A stretch of 46,467 nt of DNA, from the NCBI RefSeq assembly GCF_000372725.1, contig NW_005201349.1:202323-248789 (forward strand). Reading direction: 5' to 3'. Within the stretch, counting starts at the first letter, position 1, and each line of letters starts with the position of its first letter. The stretch comes from Emiliania huxleyi CCMP1516 (lineage: Eukaryota). This document shows, in pieces, positions 19,200 to 29,699 of this stretch. The position numbers and the translations under genes were made by a program. The notes beneath the pieces were generated by a model, which worked only from the letters and a program-made list of their open reading frames with translations, was not told where the DNA came from and did no database searches.

Positions 19200-20630
19200 A
19201 TGGCTGACGCCTTCACGCTCGGCGAGCAGTGGGAGAGAGGGGTCGACGACCACCCTCTGCTCACGGAGACCCTCCACGCGACGGAGGTGGCGAGCTTGCC
19301 GCTCTGTTCCGGTACGTTGTTTCGTCCTCTCATGGAGTCCAAAGCCAGGTACGCGTGCACCGTGCTCGCTTCTTGCGCGGCCAGACGGCTTTTTACAGCC
19401 GGGCGCCCAACTGGTGGCGGCGCCAGCGGCTATCGCGGGTTTTTGCGCAGCTCGTCAGCAGTCGCCGGCGCGTGTGTGGCGCCGGCCCTCTTTTTTGCCG
19501 TCAGTTGTGCCGCCGAGGCTCTCGCTCGCTATCGCCTCAGCCGCGCCCTGCAGTGGCGCGAGGCCGCACGGCAGAAGCGAGCGCTGCTCGACGACGTGCG
19601 CACCGACTTTGCCCTGCGCGTGCCACGCGAAATGGAGCTCGAGCCTCGGATAACGGGGGGCGTCAACGGTGACGTCGAGGTGTGGGCGGTGAAGGCGTCG
19701 TTTGCGGTCACCACCATCTGGCTGGCTCGCCCTCGCTCGGGGTGGATCTGGAGCGCAGACCTTCGCTCCTGGAAGTCGGTCCACTGCAAGGATGCGGTCT
19801 GCAGCCACGGCAGGTTTGCAGGCCTGGAGCCCGTCCCGAGCAACGTTTGGCTGTTGCGGCGGCTGCGACTGCGCGACGTTCGCGATCGCGTGCGGCCGCC
19901 GCGCGCGGCGCAGCCGCCGCCGCTCTCGCTGCCCGACAAGCTGGACGACCCTCCCGCCGAGTTTGTGTGCCCGATCTCTCACCAGGTGATGAGTGACCCG
20001 GTCGTCGGCCCTGCGGGTATCTCATACGAGCGCGAGGCGCTGCGCCAGTGGCTGAGCGTGCGCAAGATCGACCCCACCACGCAGGCTTCACTCGATATGG
20101 GCGACGTCTACGCCAACTTTAGTCTACGCGGCCTCATCGCAAGGTGGGCGGCGGGCCAGTCTGGCGGCGGCGTCATTTTTGGCGGCGGCGGCGCGAGTGG
20201 CGGCGGCGGCGCGAGTGGCGGCGGCGGCGCGAGTGGCGGCAGCGCGGGCTTCGCCCCTGGGCAGACGAACGCCGAGGGCAGCGTCGGGCACCGCACGGCG
20301 GAGGCGGCGTTGCGAGGCGAGGAGGAGGGCGAGGCGGAGGAGCGCGGCAAGGGAAGGACGAGGAGGGGGAGGGGGAGGAGGAAGAAGGGGAAGGGTGGAG
20401 GGAGCAGCGCGGCGGGGCCATCGCAGGAGCCCGAGGTGCAGGCTGAGGAAGAGGCAGCCCAGCCCGAGGGGACAGGTGAGGAGGAGGCGGCGGCGTCAGC
20501 CGAGCTGGAGGGGTCGGCGGTGCACGGGCTGAGTGCAGAAGAAGTGGAGAGGATGACCAGGCTCCTCGAAGAGCTGCACTTGGAGAGGATCCGGCACGGC
20601 ACGCCCCCATCAGGAGTGGCGGAGACGTAG
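19200..20630 (+). CDS. U-box E3 ubiquitin ligase with N-terminal hydrophobic segments (start uncertain; ORF open from 18642)
   Basis: PAEFVCPISHQVMSDPVVGPAGISYEREALRQWL..DPTT..YANFSLRGLIARW matches the U-box consensus. Confidence 0.85.
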   Translation: MADAFTLGEQWERGVDDHPLLTETLHATEVASLPLCSGTLFRPLMESKARYACTVLASCAARRLFTAGRPTGGGASGYRGFLRSSSAVAGACVAPALFFAVSCAAEALARYRLSRALQWREAARQKRALLDDVRTDFALRVPREMELEPRITGGVNGDVEVWAVKASFAVTTIWLARPRSGWIWSADLRSWKSVHCKDAVCSHGRFAGLEPVPSNVWLLRRLRLRDVRDRVRPPRAAQPPPLSLPDKLDDPPAEFVCPISHQVMSDPVVGPAGISYEREALRQWLSVRKIDPTTQASLDMGDVYANFSLRGLIARWAAGQSGGGVIFGGGGASGGGGASGGGGASGGSAGFAPGQTNAEGSVGHRTAEAALRGEEEGEAEERGKGRTRRGRGRRKKGKGGGSSAAGPSQEPEVQAEEEAAQPEGTGEEEAAASAELEGSAVHGLSAEEVERMTRLLEELHLERIRHGTPPSGVAET

Positions 20631-21064
20631 GTCCAGGGCGAGGGGGGAGGAGGCGGTGGCCGCTTGGCGCGCCGGAATGCGGCGGGGGGGGATTGAGGAG
20701 GAGGAGGGTAGTATCCAACGACCAGGGACCTGTTCCTTTTCCTTTATAGATTGCTAAGAGAAGTGGAGGTGTCCGTTTTCTCCGCCTGTGTTTATTTATT
20801 TAAGGGAGGACGGCACGACGCCGCACCACGATCCACGTACAGGGATTTCACGGGAAAACAAAAGGACGGGGCGTTGTTGCTACCGGTTGCTAGCCGTCAC
20901 CCACCCCTAGGCGTCTGCATCTTCCTATCTCTCTTCGTTCTCTCTCCTGCCCAACGGATGTCTACTCTCATACGGACGTCCTTCCCGCGTGGCAAGGGAC
21001 TGCGACATCCTCGAGTCGCAGACGAAGCCTTGTCGAAATCACCATAGCCGCGTGCGCGAAACCG

Positions 21065-21931
21065 ATGCTGCGGTGGCTTGAGGACCCTGTCATGGAGCGA
21101 CTCGACGCCATCGAGCTCGACCTCAAGCGTGCCCAGGCCGAGCGTGAGGAGGCCGAGAAGAAGGCAGCTGAGGCGAGCGCCGCCATCGCCGCACTCACCG
21201 CGACGGCTGACGGGCTGGCCAGCCGGCTCGACACCCTCGAGCGGCCTGCGCGGCGGCACCGCGCCCGCTGCTGCGAGTTCGACGGGTGCGGCAAGGGCTT
21301 CGCATTCGGCGGCCGTCACCACTGCCGCAAGTGTGGCGGCAGCGTGTGCTCGGCGCACTTTGCGCGGCCGGTCTGCCACAAGTGCCTCGCCGACCAGGCG
21401 AGGGCGCCGGTGGTCGGCCAGCGCGCGACCGTGGTGCAGGGCCGGCTGAGCCACGCCGACTCACCGCCGATCGAGGTGGACCGCGAGGCCGTCGCAGGCA
21501 CGTGGAAGTGTGTCTCCGTGGAGGGCGACATGGGCGCTGTGCTCAAGGAGCACGGCTACAACATGGTGCTGCGAGGAGCCGCCCGCGCCGTGGGGTTTGG
21601 CGCTGGGGGCGCCTTCCCGCAGGTCGAGGTGCTGTCGATGCCCGGCGCAGACGAGGTGCTGTGCAAGCAGAAGGACCCGGTCGGGAGCCGGGTGCTGAAG
21701 ATTGTGACGGACGGCGAGTGGCGCGAGAACCCGATGCCGTTCGGAGGGCCGAAGCTGACGTCAGGCGTCTGGCTTCCGGGGCCGCGAGGCCCGTTCGACA
21801 CATTCTCTCTCACGGTCCAGGGCTCCAAGCCGATGGTCTCGTCGCGCGTGCTCCTGCCCGACAACGACACCGTCCTCGAGACGGTCGAGTGCGCCGGCAA
21901 ATCGGCGCAGCGCAGGTGGAAGAGGCAGTAG
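21065..21931 (+). CDS. Coiled-coil + FYVE-like zinc finger + lipocalin/FABP-like domain protein
   Basis: CGKGFAFGGRHHCRKCGGSVCSAH..VCHKC (FYVE RHHCR motif). AGTWKCVSVEGDMGAVLKEHGYNMVLR resembles the FABP N-terminal GxW strand plus helix-turn-helix. Confidence 0.75.
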   Translation: MLRWLEDPVMERLDAIELDLKRAQAEREEAEKKAAEASAAIAALTATADGLASRLDTLERPARRHRARCCEFDGCGKGFAFGGRHHCRKCGGSVCSAHFARPVCHKCLADQARAPVVGQRATVVQGRLSHADSPPIEVDREAVAGTWKCVSVEGDMGAVLKEHGYNMVLRGAARAVGFGAGGAFPQVEVLSMPGADEVLCKQKDPVGSRVLKIVTDGEWRENPMPFGGPKLTSGVWLPGPRGPFDTFSLTVQGSKPMVSSRVLLPDNDTVLETVECAGKSAQRRWKRQ

Positions 21932-22514
21932 ACCAAATCATGGTGGAGAGCGCGCCGCGCTGGCCGACGCGCCGAAGTGTCCCTCTCTCAAGTCAGTGTG
22001 TCGCTCATGACGGGAAGGGGGGGTACTGGGGGTACGTGGAGTTGCCTAGGGGGTAGTCTGCCGAAGTGTCCCTCTCTCAAGTCAGTGTGTCGCTCACAGT
22101 GTCCCCCTCTCTCAAGTGTCAGTGTGTGTCGCTCACATGATAGAATCGGCAGTGGAGGCCGCAGCCTCGCGCGCGCCGGCCGCGGTGGTCTCGGCCAAAG
22201 CCTTTGCGTGAGAGATTGCCGCGTCCCCCGCTGCGCAGCAGCCGACGCGTAGAGAGCGTCGCGCTTGGCGCCAATGAAGGAGGAGGCTGCGTTGTCGGGC
22301 ATAGGTGGCAGGCCTGCGCGCTGCGGGCAGCGAGCAGCGAGCCGGCGAGCCGACAAAAAAAGAAGACACACGTCCGCGACACACACACGATTTGCCCAAC
22401 GGCGTAGGGATCTACAACACTAGGCCCTCAAGAATGCGTGATCATGGGTTCTTTGCGCGGAGTGTTGAGTTTGAGACATATTTTCGTCTCTTCTTGCGAG
22501 TTTGTCTAGGATTT

Positions 22515-24288
22515 TCAGTGTACGTTTAGCTTACTGGGAAAAGAGGGAGAGGGGGTTGTGTTCTCTAGGCCCCTATTTGCCCTACGCGCGGCGTGAGAGC
22601 TCGGAACCACTGTGGACAGCACCCTCCGGCCCACATCGCCGCGCCGCACTCGCAACCGGGTCCATCCGCACCCTAGCAACATGAGCATCGTGCCGACGGC
22701 CACAACTGCGATGTCTTCGGTTCGGGCGGTCCGGGCGGCGCCTTCGGTTCGGGCGGTCCGGGCGGCGTAAGGTTGCGGCCACTCGTAGTCGCCGTCGCGT
22801 GGGTCCATGCGGCGTGGTGCGGTGTCGCTTGTCTGGATGTACCATCGCAGCAGGCGTGATCTCAGCTCGGCGGTGATCGCGCTCATGTTAACCTCGCCAT
22901 ACAAGTTGCTCAGCTCGAGCGGGTCGTCGCGCAGGTCGTAAAGCTCGTGAACCAAACTCTCATCCGCCACAGACGGATCCGACCGCAAGACGAGCTTGTG
23001 GTGAGCCGTGCGCACAGAGACTGCGCGGCATACACTGAGGGGGTAGCTCTGCTGCTGGGCAACCTTAGGGTAGTAATCGCTGAACTCAGAGGGCATCCCG
23101 CCGTAGCCCTCGTGGCTACGTGGCTCGTGGGTGCCGAACCTGGGCAGAAGGAGGTGGGAGAAGGTGGGAGACGGTGGAAAATGGTGGGAGATTACAGTCG
23201 GAAATGTTGGAGCGGCAGCACTACGCAGAGGCGCACCCTCCCTCAGCGAAGACGGCACGGCCTACCTCAGCGGGGGCGCCATGGAGCTGCGGTAGGAAGC
23301 TACTCCCGAAGTGCACATGCTCGGCGGGTACGCCCGCAAGCTCGAGAAGCGTCGGCACGATGTCAAACAGCTGAATCGGCTCGCTGACTACGCCGGCGCT
23401 CCCGCCTGGCGTGCGCACGAGCAGCGGCACGCGCGTAAGCACGTCCTCGAGCCCGCTCGGCCACTTCTCCACAAGGCCATAGTCGCCAGCGTAGCCGCCA
23501 TGGTCAGAGAAGACCAGCACGCTCGTCGAGGCCTTGAGGGCAGGGGAATCGTCGACGGCGCGCAGGACGAGGCCGAACAAGAAATCGGAGAAGGAGACGC
23601 AACCGAGGTACACCGCGTGCAGCTCGCGCAGGAAGGCGTCGGACACCGACCCGAGCGAGCGATAACGACGAATGAGCTCCCGGTAGTCCGGCTCGCGCCC
23701 GTGGCGAGGTGCGCGTGGGCGGAGCGGCGGCAGCGTCTCGGCCGACACCGACGAGTGGAACGGCTCCGGGCACGAGTATGGAGGGTGGGGCTTCTCGAGC
23801 GGCAGGAAGAGCACAAACGGCTGCACAGCGCGCGTCCGCAGCCACGTCACGGCAGCGGCCACACGAGCGTAGTCGCGAGAGCCGTTGAGCCCGCCTGTTG
23901 GCGGGTCGCGTAGCATCGTCTTGTAGCGTGGGTCGTCGGTGGCGAAGGGGTTGCGCCCATTGTCGTCGCCGCGCTTGATCGGCCGCTGCGTGACCGACTC
24001 CTCCCACGCGTCGCGTGCCAGCAGGTCATTCTTCCCCCACCACACGACAGTGTAACCGGCGCGCTTGAGTGTCTTGAGCAGATTCGGTTCGCTGCCGTGC
24101 AGCAGGTAGCTCAGCGTGCGGTGGCCGTGCACGTGCGTCGGCCACCCTGTCATGAATGCCGCACGCGACTGGCTGCACACGGTGTGGCTCGTGTGGGCCT
24201 GCTCAAAGCGCGTTGCCTGCCGCGCGAAGCGGTCGTAGTTCGGTGTAATGCTGGTGGGGTGGCCATAACAGCCGAGCGATTCGGCGCG
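22515..24288 (-). pseudogene. Sulfatase (choline-/arylsulfatase-like), apparently 5'-truncated, with C-terminal TM helix
   Basis: RAESLGCYGHP..TPNYDRFA..VCSQSRAAFMTG, PHPPY, FSDHG, RVPLLVR and ELYDLRDDPLELSNL. Intron at 23236..23140. The N-terminal PN..D metal-binding motif and an ATG are absent. Confidence 0.8.
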
Positions 24289-24390
24289 TCGCGACCCTGC
24301 CGCGACCTGTCTCTGTCGGCGAAGACCCCGCGACCCGCGCACAGCCGCTGTGAATTCCGTTCAGATTCCGTCCGTTGCGGTCTCCATTTT

Positions 24391-24679
24391 AGAATGACGT
24401 CGAGCGACTCGCCCTGAGAAAGAGAATGACGTCGAGCGACTCGCCCTGAGAAAGAGAATGACGTCGAGCGACTCGCCCTGAGTGCTGAGAAAGAGAATGA
24501 CGCCCTGAGAAAGAGAATGACGTCGAGCGACTCGCCCTGAGTGCTGAGAAAGAGAATGACGTCGAGCTACTCGCCCTGAGAAAGAGAATGACGTCGAGCG
24601 ACTCGCCCTGAGAAAGAGAATGACGTCGAGCGACTCGCCCTAGAAAGAGAATGACGTCGAGCGACTCGCCCTGAGAAAA
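24391..24679 (+). repeat. 32-bp tandem array (AGAATGACGTCGAGCGACTCGCCCTGAGAAAG) x9 upstream of the gene at 24759
   Basis: Nine units counted: two carry a 7-nt insertion and one is internally deleted. There are no unique spacers. Confidence 0.95.
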
Positions 24680-24758
24680 AGAATGCAGACGAGCTTCTAT
24701 CGAAGGTAAAGTCTCAGATGACATCTCACGAGCTTCGATCTGGCAGATCCTCGAAGTC

Positions 24759-25714
24759 ATGGTCCTCTCCGCCCTTGCACCGCTCTCGCTCGGCTTCCAC
24801 GCGCCGATGACGGCCGTCGCGCCGGCGTCGCGTGCCGCCGTCCGCATGCAGGTCGGCTACGTCGCGCCGACCGCGCCCGGTGCGCGACCCCCACCCCCCC
24901 CCCTCGCCGCGACGCGCCACGCCCGCAAAGCCCAGCGCAACCCCCCTTCCCACAAACTTGCTGAGCGGGGCGCCCGCACCGCGCCTCAGGCGTCGCCGAG
25001 ACGCCCCTCGCGCGGGGCAACGCGCCCCTCGGCATCGACTCCTCCATCCTCGTCCAGGGCGGCTCGCTCCGCACCTGGTCGTACCGCTCGCCGTCAGTCG
25101 AGCAGGTCCAAGTGGTCCTCAGCACTGAGGGCCGCCCGCTGGACGCGGACATCGAGCTGTGGCAGGGGCCGGACAACACGCCGTGCAAGATGCGCGTGTA
25201 CGTCGAGAACGGCCAGCTCCGCCCCTTCAGCGCCGTCGTCGAGACGCCCCGCGGCCCAAACACGGTCGCCATCCGCAACATCGGCCAGATCGAGTTCCCC
25301 CTCGCCGCAAACGTGGTGGCGGAGAACGTGGACGCGCCGTCGGCCGAGTGCCTCGACACGCGCATGACCATCCAGGGCGGCGCCCTCCGCACCTACCCCT
25401 TCGACCCCTCGGTGGAGAGCGTCCAGGTCCTGCTCAAGACGGACGGCAGGCCGCTCAACGCGCGGATCGAGCTGCTGCAGGGCCCTAACAACAACAAGCA
25501 GGTGATCGAGCTGTACACGGAGGACGGCCTCGACCGGCCCTTCTTCTGCATCCTCGAGACGCCCGGCTCGGGCAACGTCGTCCGCGTCGTCAACACCGCC
25601 CCCGTCGAGTTCCCGATGACTGCCGGGGTCGTGCCTAACTCCATCAACCAGCAGATGTCGTCCGACGCCGTCCTCGGCGGCGACGTCGTGCTCGGCGGCG
25701 ACGCGGGGTGGTGA
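24759..25714 (+). CDS. Probably plastid-targeted uncharacterised protein with two internal repeats
   Basis: Exon 1 24759-24879 encodes a signal/transit-like MVLSALAPLSLGFHAP..ASRAAVRM. GT-AG intron 24880-24989. Exon 2 has the duplicated unit QGG(S/A)LRT(W/Y)..VE.VQV.L.T(E/D)GRPL.A.IEL.QGP.N..RPF....ETP...N.V...N....EFP. Confidence 0.85.
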
Positions 25715-27536
25715 CCGGCGCGTGCGCAAGTTTCATGCGCGCTGCCCTGAGTGGGCGGCGAGACAATAGAGAGAGATGTTTGTGCGATCTGGTGTGCGCA
25801 GAATGTCAGTCGCATTTAGGAGCGGTCTTGTGTTGGGCACAGCATTCACGAAGATTTATTATCATTCCTCGAAGACAAGCACTCCCTCTCGGCGCAGCAG
25901 CCCCTTTACCGGAGGGGCGGCGCGGGCCCGGGCGCACTCTAGTCTATAGAGACCCGCGCGGCCGCGCCGCGCGCGCGCGGGGCGCTGGCGCGGGGCACAC
26001 ATAGGTTGTCACATACACCGACACGGACGAGACGGAGACGCACATCACGTCTGTGTCGACTGTCGTCTCCACGTGCACGAGGCCACGACCTTCCGACCTT
26101 CGACGGCAGTCGGCACACCGCCCCAGGCGCGCGGCGCAGCGGACCACGCCCCCGCGCCCGCGGCCGGGGCCGCGCGCCACGGTACCGCGCCCCATGCCCC
26201 CAGCACCGTAACGGCCGGTCCCGTACGCCCCGCCGACCCGGCGGCGGATCGCGGCGCGCCCCCCCAGGCCCCCAGCCATGCTACAGCCCCCAGCCGCCGG
26301 GCCCAGAAGCAGCCCCGCCGAGCGCCCGAGCCCCCCCAGCCCCTCCCGCTCCACACGGCACACGCGGGTTCATGCGCACGCCCGGGGCGTCGCGGGGCTC
26401 GGGGGACGGGGCTCGGGGCACGGGGGTCGGGGAGGGGGGGGGGGGGGCGCCCGCGCCCCCGGCGGGCGGCGGGCGCGCGCTGCGCGCGGAGGCCGGAGCG
26501 CCGAGGACTACGGACGATTATCGATTTCCTCAACTCCCCTCGATTTCCTCAAACTCACCCTCTACCGACTTGCGCAGCACGCAGGGCAGCGGGACGGGGC
26601 TATAGAGTATATTTGTTCCCGGGCACTTTCTCATCCTCTCACTCCCAGCGCCCAGCACACTCACTCTGTTCATAGCGCGCACTGCCACTGGCCTTCTCGT
26701 CTGTTCATATCTTCATAACCCACGCTTCGCGTCTTCACACCTCCTCTGCAGGACTCACCCCTCTACGCTCCCTTTTGCAGGATCGTGTTAGTCCCTTGTG
26801 ACATGTGCATATAGTCCCTTGTTTATATCATGCATGTAGTCCCTTGTTTATATCATTCCCCCTCTTCTTCTTTGTTCTTTTCGTGTTACGCTCTTACAAG
26901 CTCTCCTTGAGAGTCGCTCTCTCTCTCTCTCTCGCCGCTGCGGCGCTCGTCTACCTCGCGAGCGTCCCGTCGCCCAAGTGGCCGCCATCGAGTTACGAGT
27001 CAATATATGTAGTCACGAAAGGGTGCAGCGCGCGGCCGCGCGCTCGGGACTGGTCTCTGCACTCTGGTGTGAGGGAGTGGGACTCTCGCGCGGTCTCAGC
27101 CGAGCCGAGCTAGCAGACAGCACTGGCCAGTGAGCAGTGGGGTTCTAGTTGTAGACCGGACCGGACCGAAATCCGAATCCCGAACACCGCAACCCCCGTG
27201 CGGTGTCTGCTCCGCCTCCGGAGCCCTGCGTATTTACCGTGCATAAAGCGAAGTAGGTCAAGTTCTCAAGCAGGACCTGGGGAAGGAGAGCTCCAGGAGG
27301 TCATGTCTCATGACCCAAGGTGTCAACACGACATACAATGCAACTTAGAATGCGGTCGTTTGGTATTTGGACTTTGCGGGTTTTGAGATTTTTCCAAGTC
27401 CGCGACATGGGTGGCTGCTGCCAGGTTGTGGACCCGGAATGTCCAATAAACCGTCCTGGGCACCGCCCAGGTCTGGGGTGCGCGCAAATATATATGTGAG
27501 CGACCAAACGTTCGCTCGCATTTTGTTGCGATCCTC

Positions 27537-29603
27537 CTAACGTTCATCAGCCGATGCCCTCCGCCACTCGACCGCAGCGTGCTGCAGCTGCCTCATTGCA
27601 TGAAGCGCCGCCCCTGCCCTCTGGTGGCACAGCTCATTGTCGGGCGACTGCTGCCCGAAAAGGAGCTGCAGCTCGGTGGACGCGACGGTTAGCCGATCCA
27701 CGCACTCCCGGAACGTGTGTGTCGCCGGCGAGGTGAGTAGTCGACGTGCCGCTCGGCGAGCGCGCTTTACCGGCTCGCTCGTGCGCTCGGATGCGACGGT
27801 GAGGGCGATGTAGGCGCTCGCCAGAGCTCTCGCGCTCTCGTAAGCCATCTCTGTGACGCGGACGATTGCCGCGTCCGAGATTCTCCTGGCCGCCCACGCG
27901 CGCTGGATGATTGGCGCGAGCGGCCCAACCACCTCCCAATTGCGAATGCCCGCGTGTGCTCCAGCGGCAACGGCGCGCCGAATCAGCGAGAGCTGCTGCG
28001 CAGCGGCATGCTTTAGCCCGATGAAGTTCAAGGCCATCGGCAGCGGATTTTCGAATTGCGGGACGCTCGACTCGAAGAAACGGCGCACCGCGATCTGCTG
28101 CTCCCATGCGTGGGGAGTGCACGCCCCTGAAGGGTGCCATGTCCCTCCCCGTGCGTGGTTCGTCTGCCCGCACGCCCAACAAAAGTCAGCGCGGCACTGC
28201 CAGCAGCGCATGTGCAGGCAGCCCCCATTCTTCTCGATTGGGGCGTGGCAGTTGGGGCACGGCTTGATCCCTTCGCTCGGCATCTGCATCGGCCGATCGC
28301 CGTCTCCGTGGCGCGACTTGAAGACGCGGCACTCGGCGCAGGTAGCCGGCCAATGCGGTTCCTCACCGCACGACGGGCACCATCGCTCTCCGCACGCGCC
28401 ACACGCGGCCTCGAAGCAACGAGGCTGGTCGTCACCGGGGCGCGTGGTGCAGACGAGCGAGACGCAGGCGGCGTTCGGGCAATATGAGAGCGTGGGTTGG
28501 CTTCGGATCAGGGCGTTGGAGCGCATCGCCAGCAGAGCATCGTACTCGCCCCGCTTCATCACCTCGCGGAGCAGCGAGTCTGGTGCCACCACCCCGCAGT
28601 TGGGATCGGCACAGCGGATCATGGCGGTCGAAGCGTCCAACCACGAGGTGTGGTCCTCCATCCTGGCCAGTGCATAGCTGCGCCAGCACGTGATGCACAT
28701 CTGATGGCCGCATCCGGCATGCAGCCTCGTCACGCCCGGGTCGTCTTCAAAGCAAACGATGCAGACGCCTTGCTCCTCGGCGGCCGAGGCCTCACCGGGG
28801 ACGGCGCCAAGCTGCTTGGCCTCGTGAGCAGGCACTGCTCGCGAGACCACGCCGAGCGCTTTGGCGGTCGGCGTCAGCCGGCTGGGCTTGAGCACGGGTT
28901 TGACGAACGCCCACATGGTCGGGGCTGCGGGAGGAGGCGGCGGGAGCGGTGGATTGAGCGGTGGATCGGCCTCGAGGCAGCTCGCCTCGCACGACAGAAA
29001 CACGCCCGCTCCCACGCGGTGAGCCACGCCGCGGCGCATGGGCCGGCGCCGCTCGCGACCGAAGATGCACGCAGTTGCGTACTCGCGTGTGAGCTGCGTC
29101 GCGAGGCTGCAGTGCCTCTCCTCCTCCTGCCGCCGCCCCTTGGAGCCGCGGCTTTTGCAGCTCCTTGGAATGCTGTGCTTCTTGTATCCGGTTAACCCGG
29201 TCGACGGCGCGGGTGCCGACAAGAGCTCTGTGTTCATCTCACCCGCCTGTGCTTCATGCTCCACGGGAAGTCGCCACGTGGGAAGCAGCCAGGTGGCCGT
29301 ACGTCGCCTCTCGATCGCACAGCACTCGTCATCACTCGGACTTACATCACAGCTCATCATTTGAACAGGCGCAGCATTGGTCTTTTGTGATGACTCATGC
29401 TCGCTGACCGCGCCGTCCGCATCTGCGCGAGTCGAGTTGGTGTGGTTCTTCGTTAGCGCACGCGCCCGCAGTGCAATAGCACGTAGGCTCTTCGATCGCA
29501 GCCTCTTCGCCGCGACCTGGCGCCAGTCGCCCTTACCCTTGGCTACTCGTGCTCGGCAGTACTCGAGCACAGCGTCCTCCGCGGCCGTCCAGGCGCACGG
29601 CAT
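27537..29603 (-). CDS. RBR (Ariadne-like RING1-IBR-RING2) E3 ligase with in-frame N-terminal Myb/SANT-like segment
   Basis: RING1 CIVCFED..CGHQMCITCW; IBR CPNAAC..CGACGERWCPSCGEEPHWPATC; RING2 CPNCHAPIEKNGGCLHMRCWQCRADFCWAC. N-terminus WTAAEDAVL..DWRQVAAKRL. Start uncertain (alternative Met near 28916). Confidence 0.85.
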   Translation of the reverse strand: MPCAWTAAEDAVLEYCRARVAKGKGDWRQVAAKRLRSKSLRAIALRARALTKNHTNSTRADADGAVSEHESSQKTNAAPVQMMSCDVSPSDDECCAIERRRTATWLLPTWRLPVEHEAQAGEMNTELLSAPAPSTGLTGYKKHSIPRSCKSRGSKGRRQEEERHCSLATQLTREYATACIFGRERRRPMRRGVAHRVGAGVFLSCEASCLEADPPLNPPLPPPPPAAPTMWAFVKPVLKPSRLTPTAKALGVVSRAVPAHEAKQLGAVPGEASAAEEQGVCIVCFEDDPGVTRLHAGCGHQMCITCWRSYALARMEDHTSWLDASTAMIRCADPNCGVVAPDSLLREVMKRGEYDALLAMRSNALIRSQPTLSYCPNAACVSLVCTTRPGDDQPRCFEAACGACGERWCPSCGEEPHWPATCAECRVFKSRHGDGDRPMQMPSEGIKPCPNCHAPIEKNGGCLHMRCWQCRADFCWACGQTNHARGGTWHPSGACTPHAWEQQIAVRRFFESSVPQFENPLPMALNFIGLKHAAAQQLSLIRRAVAAGAHAGIRNWEVVGPLAPIIQRAWAARRISDAAIVRVTEMAYESARALASAYIALTVASERTSEPVKRARRAARRLLTSPATHTFRECVDRLTVASTELQLLFGQQSPDNELCHQRAGAALHAMRQLQHAAVEWRRASADER

Positions 29604-29699
29604 GGTTGTCGCCAGGAAGTCGGGTCCTGACCCAGTCCCAGACACGACCGTGCCGCGTCCCGTGCCCCGAGTTCATTTTATACGCCGAGACCACTCTCC

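Noticed and set aside
24391..24679. CRISPR-like array
   Set aside because: Units are head-to-tail with no unique spacers, no cas genes are present, and the context is eukaryotic.
26007..26803. Solo LTR bounded by TGTCACA...TGTGACA
   Set aside because: No target-site duplication (TAGGT vs TGTGC), the TAGTCCCTTGT repeats continue past the right end, and no PBS/PPT or second copy is seen.
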